Source: Mycoplasmatota bacterium | GTDB lineage: Bacteria > Bacillota_I > Bacilli_A > MAG-NZ | Reading direction: 5' to 3' | NCBI GenBank assembly: GCA_018394315.1 | Contig: CP074575.1 | Span: forward strand, 62,001 to 126,000 | DNA: 64,000 bases | In this document: piece after piece, positions 11,078 to 20,341 of the stretch | How the letters are laid out: each line of letters begins with the position of its first letter | Numbering within the stretch: the first letter of the stretch is position 1 | Translations under genes and position numbers: made by a program | Notes under the pieces: generated by a model | Told to the model about the DNA's origin: nothing | The model's database searches: none | Seen by the model: the letters and a program-made list of their open reading frames with translations, nothing else

Positions 11078-11962
11078 ATGTACAATATAAAGAAAATGTA
11101 TAACGCTGAAACAATCAGCGATGCGGTAAAATTCTTAACTGATAATGAAGACGCTAAAATAATTGCTGGTGGTAGTGACGTTTTAATTGAACTTAGACAT
11201 GGTAAGTTACCTAATGCTACGTTATTAAACATAAGAGATATAAAAGAAATGCAAGGAATTGAATTAATAAACGAAGATATTATAATTAAACCATTATCTA
11301 CTTTTACTGAAATAGCTGAAAACCAGATCATTCAAGAACGTATCCCAATGTTAGCTGAAGCAGTAAATACAGTAGGAGGACCACAAGTTAGAAATATCGG
11401 TACAATTGGTGGGAATATTTGTAATGGTATTACATCTGCAGATAGTGCTTCTACATTATTTACACTAGATGCTGAACTAGAAATAACTGGTCCAGATGGA
11501 ACTAGAAACATCCATATAAAAGACTTCTACATCTGGGTTGCAGAAGTTGATCTAAAACAAGGTGAATTATTAACAAAGATAATAATCAAAAAAGAGAGTT
11601 ACGAAAATTACTTTGGTCATTATTATAAATACGCTAAACGTAATGCGATGGATATCGCAATCCAAGGTTGCGCTGTTAATTGTAAACTTAGCGATGATAA
11701 AACAAAACTAGAAAACGTAAGAATCGGATTTGGTGTTGGAGGACCAATACCACTTAGATGTTTTGAAACAGAAAATAAAGCAAAAGGTAAGCTTATAAAT
11801 AATGAGCTTATAGATGAAATTGGTAAGTCAGTACTAGAGGAAGTTAATCCACGAACTTCTTGGAAAGCTACAAAAGAATTCAGATTACATTTAGCTCAAG
11901 AACTCTCAAAAAGAGTTCTGAGAGAAGCAATTGAAAGAGCAGGGGGACATATCAATGATTGA
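11078..11962 (+). CDS. xdhB: Xanthine dehydrogenase FAD-binding subunit
   Basis: IAGGSD, QVRNIGTIGGN, AMDIA. Confidence 0.9.
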   Translation: MYNIKKMYNAETISDAVKFLTDNEDAKIIAGGSDVLIELRHGKLPNATLLNIRDIKEMQGIELINEDIIIKPLSTFTEIAENQIIQERIPMLAEAVNTVGGPQVRNIGTIGGNICNGITSADSASTLFTLDAELEITGPDGTRNIHIKDFYIWVAEVDLKQGELLTKIIIKKESYENYFGHYYKYAKRNAMDIAIQGCAVNCKLSDDKTKLENVRIGFGVGGPIPLRCFETENKAKGKLINNELIDEIGKSVLEEVNPRTSWKATKEFRLHLAQELSKRVLREAIERAGGHIND

Positions 11963-12425
11963 AATCATCAAATGTAAAATAAACGGTAGAGATCAAGAAA
12001 TCGCTATAGATCCACGTGAATCACTTACAGATATGCTTAGAAATAAACTTGGATTAACAAGTGTTAAAAAAGGATGTGAAGTTGGTGAATGTGGTGCATG
12101 TACAGTACTAATCGATGGTAAATCATATAACTCATGTATCTATCTTGCATCATGGGCAAAAGATAAATCAATCATAACAGTTGAAGGACTAACAAGCGAA
12201 AATGGTGAACTATCACCAGTACAAAAAGCGTTTATAGATGAATCTGCAGTTCAATGTGGATTCTGTACTCCTGGTTTACTCTTAACTGCTACAGAAATTG
12301 TTAACTCAGGCCAAAAATATACTAGAGAAGAATTAAGAACTCTTATCTCAGGTCATCTATGTAGATGTACTGGTTATGAGAATATTCTTAACGCAGTTGA
12401 AAAGGCTCTGAATCAAGAAAATTAA
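11955..12425 (+). CDS. xdhC: Xanthine dehydrogenase 2Fe-2S subunit
   Basis: GCEVGECGAC, QCGFCTPG, HLCRCTGY; start at ATG 11955. Confidence 0.9.
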   Translation: MIEIIKCKINGRDQEIAIDPRESLTDMLRNKLGLTSVKKGCEVGECGACTVLIDGKSYNSCIYLASWAKDKSIITVEGLTSENGELSPVQKAFIDESAVQCGFCTPGLLLTATEIVNSGQKYTREELRTLISGHLCRCTGYENILNAVEKALNQEN

Positions 12426-12507
12426 ATATACAAAGGGAATCAATAAAAATTGTAATGCACCCCTAAACCCGGACTAAAGAGACTTAGAAAGGGAGGGTGC
12501 TTTTACT

Positions 12508-12981
12508 TTGGCAAAATATGATGTAGAATTTAAAAGGAAGGTAGTTGCTTATTATTATAAATATGGGCGAATAGCTACCAAAAGAAAATTCAATATGTCA
12601 CTTTCATCGTTACATCGTTGGATTGGAAAGCAAGAGACTGTAGGGTTTATGAGAAAGAAAAATAAAACATTGTCTAGTGAGGAAAAACTTACCGTTTTAG
12701 AATACTTATGGGAAAATGGATACACTGCGACTGTAAGAAAATATGATATTGCCTCAGGTGTATTAAATGTATGGGAGAGAAAATACCGAGAATATGGTAT
12801 TAAAGGTTTAGAACAAGATAGTAGGGGAAGACCATCTAAAATGTTAGGAAAACCAAAAGATATAAATAAAGACAAAGATATATTAGATGAATTATTCAGA
12901 TTAAGATTGGAGAACGAATACTTAAAAAAGCTAGACGCCTTGGTTCAAGAACGGGAAGAGCGAGAACGCAAGAAAAAGTAA
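12508..12981 (+). CDS. IS3 OrfA (HTH DNA-binding)
   Basis: Tandem HTHs, RGRP, LRLENEYLKKL zipper; ends in G-AAA-AAG slippery motif. Confidence 0.9.
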   Translation: MAKYDVEFKRKVVAYYYKYGRIATKRKFNMSLSSLHRWIGKQETVGFMRKKNKTLSSEEKLTVLEYLWENGYTATVRKYDIASGVLNVWERKYREYGIKGLEQDSRGRPSKMLGKPKDINKDKDILDELFRLRLENEYLKKLDALVQEREERERKKK

Positions 12982-13013
12982 GAATAGTATATGAACTAAG
13001 GCGAAAATACAAC

Positions 13014-13814
13014 GTGTTGAAGCCTATTCTTGAAATAGTTGGATTAGTCAAATCAACCTATTTTGATGTTCTTAAGAGTTTTAATATAGAGGATAAGGAT
13101 AAAGAACTTAAAGAGCGAATAAATACCATATATCATAAAAACAAAGGAAGATACGGATATAGACGTATAACTATATCCTTAAAAAATACAGGATTAATAG
13201 TTAACCATAAGAAAGTATATAGACTTATGAAAGTCTTAGGATTAAGCTGTAAGATAAGAGTTAAAAAATATAAATCGTATAAAGGTGAAATTGGTAAAGT
13301 CGCAGAGAATGTCTTAAGTAGAGATTTCAATACTTCAAACTTTAGTGAAAAGTTAGTAACCGATATAACTGAATTTAGAGTTGAAGGACAAAAAGTATAT
13401 TTGTCACCATTAATAGATATTCACAATAAAGAAGTAATTAGTTATACAGTAGGAATGAGTCCAAGTGTAAAACTGGTAATAGATATGTTAGAGAAAGGGA
13501 TTACTGAAGAACATGAGAAATCAGTAATTCACTCTGATCAAGGATTCCAGTATCAAAATAAAAGATTTCAGACTTATCTTAAAAACAAAAAAATCGTACA
13601 GAGTATGTCTAGAAAGGGTAATTGTCTAGATAATTCTATAGCTGAGAATTTCTTCTCACATTTGAAGGCTGAGTTTTACAAGATCAATAAATTTAAAACA
13701 GTTACGCAATTTATTAAAGAGTTAAGGGAGTACATTCATTATTATAATAACGAAAGAATAGTAACTAAATTAAAAATGGCACCGGTTCAATACCGATACC
13801 ATTGTTTAAATTAA
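13014..13814 (+). CDS. IS3 OrfB DDE transposase (probably expressed by -1 frameshift from OrfA)
   Basis: YGYRR, TDITE, HSDQGFQY, SRKGNCLDN..E. Confidence 0.93.
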   Translation: MLKPILEIVGLVKSTYFDVLKSFNIEDKDKELKERINTIYHKNKGRYGYRRITISLKNTGLIVNHKKVYRLMKVLGLSCKIRVKKYKSYKGEIGKVAENVLSRDFNTSNFSEKLVTDITEFRVEGQKVYLSPLIDIHNKEVISYTVGMSPSVKLVIDMLEKGITEEHEKSVIHSDQGFQYQNKRFQTYLKNKKIVQSMSRKGNCLDNSIAENFFSHLKAEFYKINKFKTVTQFIKELREYIHYYNNERIVTKLKMAPVQYRYHCLN

Positions 13815-13865
13815 ATTTTATTAGTCCGAACTTTGGGGTTCAGTACAAATTGATTCCCTTTTCTT

Positions 13866-14840
13866 TTAATCGTTTCTACTAGAAATATACTCTAATATTT
13901 TAACATATCTCTTAGTTGTAGCTTCATCACTACGAGTAGATATACATATTATTCTATAACTCCAATTAAGTAGTAAATATAGTTTAAACACCTTCTTGAT
14001 ATCTTCTAATTTAATACCATAATCTCTTAAGCTTTTATAATAATTAGTTATTAAAGTTTGTTCTAAGTCAAACGCCTTGTAAATATCGAAATCATAATAT
14101 ACCAATGCTTCCGCAAATAGATCAGCAATATCTTCACCAATAATACCTATACCAGCTGAATCCCAATCTATAATAGATACTTTATCTCCAACAAAAACAT
14201 TTCCTGGAGTTAGATCCCTATGACATAAAGTCTTAGCCATACTTAATAAGAAATCAATGTGCTCTTCTCTATTTTCCCAAGCATCTAACAAATTACTAGT
14301 ACACTCTTTACTCAATATTTCATTATCCTTAAGCCAATTAACAGCATCACCACTCCATATGTTTATGGTTTTTACAATCCAGTATTTATCACTTAACCAA
14401 GAGTATGTTGGTAAATTATCAATGAACTTACCATGTAATCTACCTATCTCACTAGCAATCCTACCATAATCACGTACTGATAGGTTTCTATCATGGTTCC
14501 CTTCTGCTTTCTCCATCCAAATCCAAATCTTATCGTCTTTTTCTTCTATAAGAATCGCTTTCGGCAATAACTCTCCGATCTCTTGAACTAGTTCAGATTC
14601 ATATATATTCTTTTCTCTTAACCACGATTCTGGATCTCCAAATCTGGACCATTTCTTTTGAATTTTTAAGGCAATATCATAATTCAATTTTTCAGCTGAT
14701 GTTTTACACTCTCCACTAATAAGATATATCTCTCCTAATGTTCCATCTTTATTCTCATTGATATTAAAAGATAAAATTTCTACTTCTTCTTTATACATTT
14801 TCCCTATAACGGGTTTAATCATTTCATTACTAAATTTCAT
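13866..14840 (-). CDS. Aminoglycoside phosphotransferase/kinase-like protein
   Basis: HRDLTPGN and IIDWD Brenner motifs. Confidence 0.75.
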   Translation of the reverse strand: MKFSNEMIKPVIGKMYKEEVEILSFNINENKDGTLGEIYLISGECKTSAEKLNYDIALKIQKKWSRFGDPESWLREKNIYESELVQEIGELLPKAILIEEKDDKIWIWMEKAEGNHDRNLSVRDYGRIASEIGRLHGKFIDNLPTYSWLSDKYWIVKTINIWSGDAVNWLKDNEILSKECTSNLLDAWENREEHIDFLLSMAKTLCHRDLTPGNVFVGDKVSIIDWDSAGIGIIGEDIADLFAEALVYYDFDIYKAFDLEQTLITNYYKSLRDYGIKLEDIKKVFKLYLLLNWSYRIICISTRSDEATTKRYVKILEYISSRND

Positions 14841-14896
14841 AGATTACTCCTTCATACAATTTATATTTTACTTTTGATTATGTAATTTACTGCAAT

Positions 14897-14925
14897 AAAA
14901 AAACACAGGTTATAACAACCTGTGT
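14897..14925 (-). terminator. Intrinsic terminator in the leader of the APH-like gene
   Basis: ACACAGGTT/AACCTGTGT stem followed by a U-run on the minus strand, about 60 nt upstream of the CDS. Confidence 0.75.
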
Positions 14926-14944
14926 GTATAAAACTAAAAACACC

Positions 14945-15013
14945 TTAGCTACTAAGCAGGTTGTGAACATTATACTTGATAAAAATTAGTAAAAAATTAT
15001 TAATTACTAACAT
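14945..15013 (-). CDS. 22-aa leader peptide MLVINNFLLIFIKYNVHNLLSS
   Basis: Strong SD GAGGAGGTG before ATG 15013; TAA just upstream of the terminator; extended -10 TGCTATAAT at 15055-15063. Confidence 0.65.
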   Translation of the reverse strand: MLVINNFLLIFIKYNVHNLLSS

Positions 15014-15351
15014 AGTCCACACCTCCTCATACAGTTCAATTAAACTACATAGATATTATAGCATAAAATTGAATAATTAGTTTAACCATTATAATTAGAT
15101 CCATCTGAGAACCAGTAATAAGTTCCAATAACATCACACCATCTGGACCACTATACAATAAAATATTCACCCTTCGTACATACTCGTAAACCGAGCACAC
15201 ATAGAACTTCATTTAAGGAGTAGCCTGGATTAGCAACTCAAACCCAGTTAAAAGTCCGAAAAAACGCAAATAAGCTTACGTAATATCGACATCAATCATA
15301 ACAATTATAACAACCAATTGAACTGTCTTCTTGTATCTAATCGTTTTATAA

Positions 15352-15370
15352 TAGTCGGGAAGACAGGATT
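15352..15370 (-). repeat. tRNA-Pro 3'-end fragment, att-like relic at the island's left border
   Basis: Minus strand AATCCTGTCTTCCCGACTA resembles the Firmicutes tRNA-Pro 3' end (...AATCCTGTCTTCCCGACCA); no rest of the tRNA. Confidence 0.6.
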
Positions 15371-15495
15371 ACACACTATGATTCATCTGTCTAATTTACT
15401 AATATTAATGTTTTCCTATATTTACTCATCAATATTTTCCGCAAAATCCATATACTTAGGAGTCATAGAGCACTGCAAGTAAACAAATTTTACGA

Positions 15496-16107
15496 TTATG
15501 CCCTATTAAATATTCTATTATAGTTAATTTCTCTCTTTAATTCTGGTCTATATCCTCTAGTATTAGTTCTTTCGATAACGTCTTTAATGGTTATTACTTG
15601 ATCTTCCATACCAGAATAAAGAGACTCCAAATATCTATAATATGGCATCTTTCTTCCCTTATAGCCACTTCTTTGAGGATAGTTTATTTCCTCTTGTACT
15701 GCAATGATGGCTATTATGACCTGAAGTTCTTGAAGATTATAAACATCGTTCATTTGAGACATAATATCATCGCATTCTGTGTAACCATCTAGTGAAAAAT
15801 TTATAGCATTCATATATGAATCATAAAGAAAATCTTCAAGAGTGCTAAAGAAAGTATTATCAAATTTAACGACCTTATGCAGATTCATAACCACGGTTTG
15901 GTGACTTACTTCTACACCTTTATACTTAAAAACATAATCTGGTTTAGTTGAAGTGCTTTTTTTTCCAGGGAAATTGATTTCCCATTCTATGTTATTAATG
16001 GTCTCTACATGAGTAAATTCGTATCGCCTATACTCATTAAAATTTTCTATTGCTCCAGCATCTCTCATTTTATCCTTTATATAAGTCTCAAGTTCTTTAT
16101 AATTCAT
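15496..16107 (-). CDS. Hypothetical protein directly downstream of the DpnII-type endonuclease
   Basis: ORF with GGAGG SD before MNYKELE; no family recognised. Confidence 0.65.
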   Translation of the reverse strand: MNYKELETYIKDKMRDAGAIENFNEYRRYEFTHVETINNIEWEINFPGKKSTSTKPDYVFKYKGVEVSHQTVVMNLHKVVKFDNTFFSTLEDFLYDSYMNAINFSLDGYTECDDIMSQMNDVYNLQELQVIIAIIAVQEEINYPQRSGYKGRKMPYYRYLESLYSGMEDQVITIKDVIERTNTRGYRPELKREINYNRIFNRA

Positions 16108-16147
16108 GTTGTACCCTCCATACTTCATTGAAGTAGTTATCAAAAAA

Positions 16148-17008
16148 TTACTTAATCACTTCTTCTAGAACAGCTTCTTCTAAGTCTTTTAGAGTATAGA
16201 AATGTTCCATTACATCGTATGTTTCTCTAAGATTATTTTTAGCTGTTCTCCATCCAACACCATCAGTAATCCATACAAATGAAACTCCATCTATTTTTCT
16301 AATATCATTGGCAATAGATTTAAAGCTTCTAGCTGTTTCGTTTAATTTAGAGCCTCCACCTGTATAAAAATTAGTTTCTATCAAGTATAAATGATCGCTA
16401 GTTTTTATTACAAAATCAAATTTCTTTTCTGCATCTTTCTTAGTTTCATCTGCTAGGATTAATCTATCTAAGTTGATATTGTATCTATTAGCAATTTCCT
16501 TTTTTCTCATTTCAGGAAAGTATTCTACACACTCAACTCTAGAAATGTAAGACTCCACAATATTTTCCATTGTTCTTCCGGTTCTATTCTTCCTTGCATT
16601 TGAGTCTAAACCAACTTCTACTCCTACAATGTAGTCATAAAGACACTTAACTTTATTGTTTTCCATTAGATTAAACAAACCAGATTTACGCATAAATTTC
16701 AGATACAACTCATCACTCATCACTCGTTCTTTGAAGTTGAAAACAATAGGTTTATCATCAACTATCGGCAGTTCCATTTTTCTAACTGCAAGTAGCAAGG
16801 GAACAACATTTAATATTACAGGGAATTTATCCAGCAAAGACATAAAGTCTATCTCAATTTGATTTGAGCCTAAAAGAGAGTTAAGTATATTTAGTTCAAC
16901 CTTAAACTTCTTCACATTTACAAACACTTTATCGAAGTCAGTATAATATTTATAATCCGCAACTGAATCTTTAAGACTATTCATTATATCATTAAATTCT
17001 CTCTTCAT
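16148..17008 (-). CDS. dpnB: DpnII-family type II restriction endonuclease (GATC)
   Basis: GVEVGLDSNARKNRTG, KKFDFV, IETNFY.GGGSKLNETAR, WITDG.GW. Confidence 0.9.
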   Translation of the reverse strand: MKREFNDIMNSLKDSVADYKYYTDFDKVFVNVKKFKVELNILNSLLGSNQIEIDFMSLLDKFPVILNVVPLLLAVRKMELPIVDDKPIVFNFKERVMSDELYLKFMRKSGLFNLMENNKVKCLYDYIVGVEVGLDSNARKNRTGRTMENIVESYISRVECVEYFPEMRKKEIANRYNINLDRLILADETKKDAEKKFDFVIKTSDHLYLIETNFYTGGGSKLNETARSFKSIANDIRKIDGVSFVWITDGVGWRTAKNNLRETYDVMEHFYTLKDLEEAVLEEVIK

Positions 17009-17195
17009 AACTAATCTCCTTGACTGAACTGAAAATATATTTTTTGATACAAGTTTACAAATAACCTATGTCTTGTAGACTTTCCTACCAGGAACCCTTT
17101 TTTAAATCTTAATGAAGCTAACTCTTCCAGAAGAAATTTTATCAGAAAAACAATATTTGTATTTGACGATTTTCTCAGACTTAAAATATACCATA

Positions 17196-18035
17196 TTAAT
17201 ACCCACAAATTATAGTTTCAACACCAACTCTGTTACTGGCATCAGAATTTATCATTCTCTTTGCTTGAACGACATCAATACTAAAATCTTTGTATAATTT
17301 ATTTATTAATGGCGTATTGTGATTTGTTATCATAACAAAACATCCTCTATCTTTTAATTCATGTGCAAGTCTTGCAAGTCTTTTCTGACCTTCAACACCA
17401 AATCCTTCTTTGGTGTAACTTTCAAATGTATCGCTTTTTAAAAGGTCATATGGTGGGTCAAAGAATATGAAGTCTCCTTCTTTTGCTTCTTTGCATGCAT
17501 CTTCAAAATCTCCACACAAAATATTAGTATGATGCTGTAGGAACTCACTTAGTGATAGCAAATTCTTTCTCTCATAAGTTCTTATTTTTACCTTGCCGTT
17601 AAATGGAACATTAAATTGTCCCTTCTTATTCACTCTATATAATCCATTAAAACAAGTCTTATTTAGATATATCAATCTCGCTGTCTTTACATAAACATCA
17701 TGTTTATTCCAGCTCTCAAGTCTATCCATTTCTCTAATTGAGTAATAGTAATCCTTCGGATTCTTGCTATGATTCTCTTCATGTTCATCTAGCAACACCA
17801 TAAGTTGCGTCGGGTCGTCTTTTATTGCTTTATACGCGTCAATTAATTCACTTGAAAAATCGTTTATAGTAGTTAAATTATTTTGAAGATGCATAAATAG
17901 TGCACCTCCTCCAACAAATGGCTCAAAATACGCATTATACTTATGGGGTATTCTCTTCTCTATTTCATTTATTAGTTGTCTCTTCCCGCCTACCCATTTC
18001 AAAAATGGTTTGATATCATAATCTTTTTTCATCAT
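17196..18035 (-). CDS. dpnM: Dam/DpnM-like N6-adenine DNA methyltransferase
   Basis: KWVGGK, EPFVGGGA, FNGLYRVN, DPPY. Confidence 0.9.
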   Translation of the reverse strand: MMKKDYDIKPFLKWVGGKRQLINEIEKRIPHKYNAYFEPFVGGGALFMHLQNNLTTINDFSSELIDAYKAIKDDPTQLMVLLDEHEENHSKNPKDYYYSIREMDRLESWNKHDVYVKTARLIYLNKTCFNGLYRVNKKGQFNVPFNGKVKIRTYERKNLLSLSEFLQHHTNILCGDFEDACKEAKEGDFIFFDPPYDLLKSDTFESYTKEGFGVEGQKRLARLAHELKDRGCFVMITNHNTPLINKLYKDFSIDVVQAKRMINSDASNRVGVETIICGY

Positions 18036-18081
18036 TAATCCCCCAACCTACTATCTAAATTATATCATATCACTCTAAAAA

Positions 18082-18770
18082 CTACACAGAATTTATCCTT
18101 CTTTTCGACAGCTCATAATATTGTTTCTCTTTCTCAATACCCACATATTTTCTTCCCAATCGCTTTGCAACCACACACGTTGTTCCGCTACCCATAAAAG
18201 GTTCCATCACAACATCTTCTTCATCGGTAGTTGCTAGTATTATTCTTTCTAACAATTTCTCAGGTTTCATCGTTGGAAGTTTCTCATATTTTTTTCTTTC
18301 AATGTAACCGATGATAACTTAATTACATCGCTCGTTCCTTTATCATCTATTGAAAAAGTGTAATCATAGTTAAGTTTGTACTTCAGTACTAAACCGAAAT
18401 TTATTTTAACAATAAATGGAGGAGGACCAAGTTTCTCCCACGTAATTAGATTTATCACAGTGAAGTTTAACTCCTTTAGTATGTGTCCAACATCAAATAT
18501 ATTATGATGTGTTCCAGTAATAAATATTGAAGCATTATACTTCATCACTCTTTTACATTCACTCAACCATGCTTTCGTAAAGGTTAGTACATACTCTCTA
18601 CTATTTGGCTTATCCCAGTTTCCCTTATTAACGGAAACAATCTTTCCAGAATTATAGGAGATTCCTCCATTTGATAGAAAGTATGGTAGAACAGCAAATA
18701 TCAGATTAGAAGAATTTGCTTTCGATTCTTTCATCTTAGGTATGCACTTATCATTAAGTATCATATTCAT
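18082..18770 (-). pseudogene. Degenerate second DpnA-like methyltransferase
   Basis: Paralog of 18796-19557 split by a frameshift near 18270; catalytic DPPY changed to VLPY; C-terminal part keeps EPFMGSGTT. Confidence 0.8.
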
Positions 18771-18795
18771 ATAAAAACTCCCTTCTACTATATAA

Positions 18796-19557
18796 TTAGG
18801 GAGTTTCGCTAATTTTCTTTAATAATACATCTTCTAATCTCAACTTAGATATTTCTATATACTCTTTCTCAGTATCAATACCAACATATTTTCTTTTATG
18901 TTTTATTGCTGCAACACCTGTAGTTCCACTTCCACTAAAAGGATCTAAGATAGTGTCCCCTTCTTTTGTTGCAGCTATAACAATTCTTTCAAGTAACTTA
19001 AGTGGCTTTTGTGTCGGATGATTACCGAAACTCTTCTCTTTTCTGTTTATGCAAGGAAAGTCCCAGACATCTTTCATCTGCTTTCCTCCATTCAGTTTCT
19101 TCATTAAATCATAATTAAAATAGTGTTTTGCTTTCTTACTTTTCTTTGCCCAAAGAATAGTCTCGGTACTATGTGTAAAATATCTACATGCTAAGTGTGG
19201 TGGTGGATTAGTTTTTCTCCATGTGATATTGTTAATTATAGTGAAGCCTGTTTCCTCAAGGGCTCTTCCTATCGAATAAATATTGTGATAGGTTCCAGAA
19301 ATAAAGACAGTCCCATTATCTTTAAGAACTCGCTTACATTTTCTCAACCACTGCTTATTAAACTTGTGTTTTTCATAATTAGATATTTGTTTATCCCAAT
19401 CAGCTTTATCTACTGAAACCATTCTTCCTCCTACACATGTTATCCCACCACTCGATAAGAAGTATGGGGGATCGGCAAATATCATATCTATGCTATTTTT
19501 TTTTAGTTTTGACAATTGTACTAAACAATCTTCATTGTATAATCTATATTCATTCAT
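18796..19557 (-). CDS. dpnA: DpnA-like N4/N6 DNA methyltransferase
   Basis: FADPPYFLS, HPTQKP, DPFSGSGTT. Confidence 0.88.
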   Translation of the reverse strand: MNEYRLYNEDCLVQLSKLKKNSIDMIFADPPYFLSSGGITCVGGRMVSVDKADWDKQISNYEKHKFNKQWLRKCKRVLKDNGTVFISGTYHNIYSIGRALEETGFTIINNITWRKTNPPPHLACRYFTHSTETILWAKKSKKAKHYFNYDLMKKLNGGKQMKDVWDFPCINRKEKSFGNHPTQKPLKLLERIVIAATKEGDTILDPFSGSGTTGVAAIKHKRKYVGIDTEKEYIEISKLRLEDVLLKKISETP

Positions 19558-19567
19558 AAATATCTAG

Positions 19568-19593
19568 GTAGTCGTCTAAATTTAGACGACTAC
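19568..19593. repeat. Perfect 26-bp palindrome GTAGTCGTCTAAA|TTTAGACGACTAC
   Basis: Read directly; between the XRE gene stop and the dpnA start. Confidence 0.85.
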
Positions 19594-19910
19594 ATATCCT
19601 TTACTATATTTGACAGTATACTTTTTATCATTCTATTAGATGGAATCTCTCTATAGGTTTTATAAAAATATTCTTTAATATTCTCAAATAATTCATCCAT
19701 AACAACGGTGAATCCATCACTTAACAATTCTGAAATACTTAAATCATAGTAATTAGCTAATACTTTTAATATTTTGTACTCTGGATATGAGATTCCTGTT
19801 TCATAGTTACCATATGCAGATCTTTTGAGATTAAGTTCTCTGAACAGTTTATATTGACTCAATCCTTTTCCTTCCCTTAGCTTTTTTAGTATACCTGATA
19901 ATTAATTCAT
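19590..19910 (-). pseudogene. XRE-family HTH regulator (controller/repressor-like) with a stop at codon 3
   Basis: GGTGGA SD-ATG AAT TAA, then in-frame LSGILKKLREGKGLSQ...SAYGNYETGISYP. Confidence 0.7.
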
Positions 19911-19950
19911 CTCTTCCACCTTATTATCATTATAGTACAAAACAAAAAAA

Positions 19951-20019
19951 AGACAAATGGTTTTGTCTATACATTGTAAAGTGAGTTTGTCTGCAATATA
20001 AAGACAAAAAGGTTTGACT
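19951..20019. promoter_or_regulatory. Repeated operator-like dyads AGACAAA-N4-TTTGTCT
   Basis: Perfect copy 19951-19968, one-mismatch copy 20002-20019, half-site ending 19992. Confidence 0.55.
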
Positions 20020-20149
20020 TTTCAAAAGAAGAGATGATGGTGAGAGTGGTATTAAATTGTTTTGATGTTATGAACATCCTCAAGTGTAAAAAATTTAAAG
20101 TATATTAGATAATGAAAATATTCAACAACAAATTGTTTAAATATGGATA

Positions 20150-20341
20150 TATTACTTTGAATGGTAAAGTTCCAATGAAATATTTTATAGAGCGTCTAAA
20201 TATAAATTATGGAGTGACAGTAATGCTGGTTATAAAAAGAGGTTAGGTCATTCTGAGATCACAATAACTCGAAGCACTTATGAATATCTATATAACAATT
20301 CTCATGTAGAATTAACCAAAAAGCTTGATGATAAGTATTAA
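20150..20341 (+). pseudogene. Tyrosine integrase C-terminal remnant
   Basis: Manual translation KRLGHSEITITRSTYEYL (LGH...T..Y box II). Confidence 0.6.

Larger units (their letters stand above)
12451..13847 (+). mobile_element. IS3-family (IS150-like) insertion sequence, apparently intact
   Basis: Imperfect 27-bp terminal IRs (TGTAATGCACCCCTAAACCCGGACTAA vs TGTACTGAACCCCAAAGTTCGGACTAA), TG...CA ends, 3-bp AAT target duplication, orfA/orfB in -1 frame. Confidence 0.95.

Noticed and set aside
15340..15440. Complete tRNA gene (also considered at 34578 and 40487)
   Set aside because: Only 12-19 nt of 3' end present; no full T-loop, anticodon or D arm upstream
17011..17208. 65-aa ORF between dpnM and dpnB
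   Set aside because: No recognisable motif or SD; likely spacer or remnant
15496..19557. GATC avoidance in the DpnII locus
   Set aside because: GATC sites occur there (near 15600, 16393, 18942, 19470); depletion was not computed
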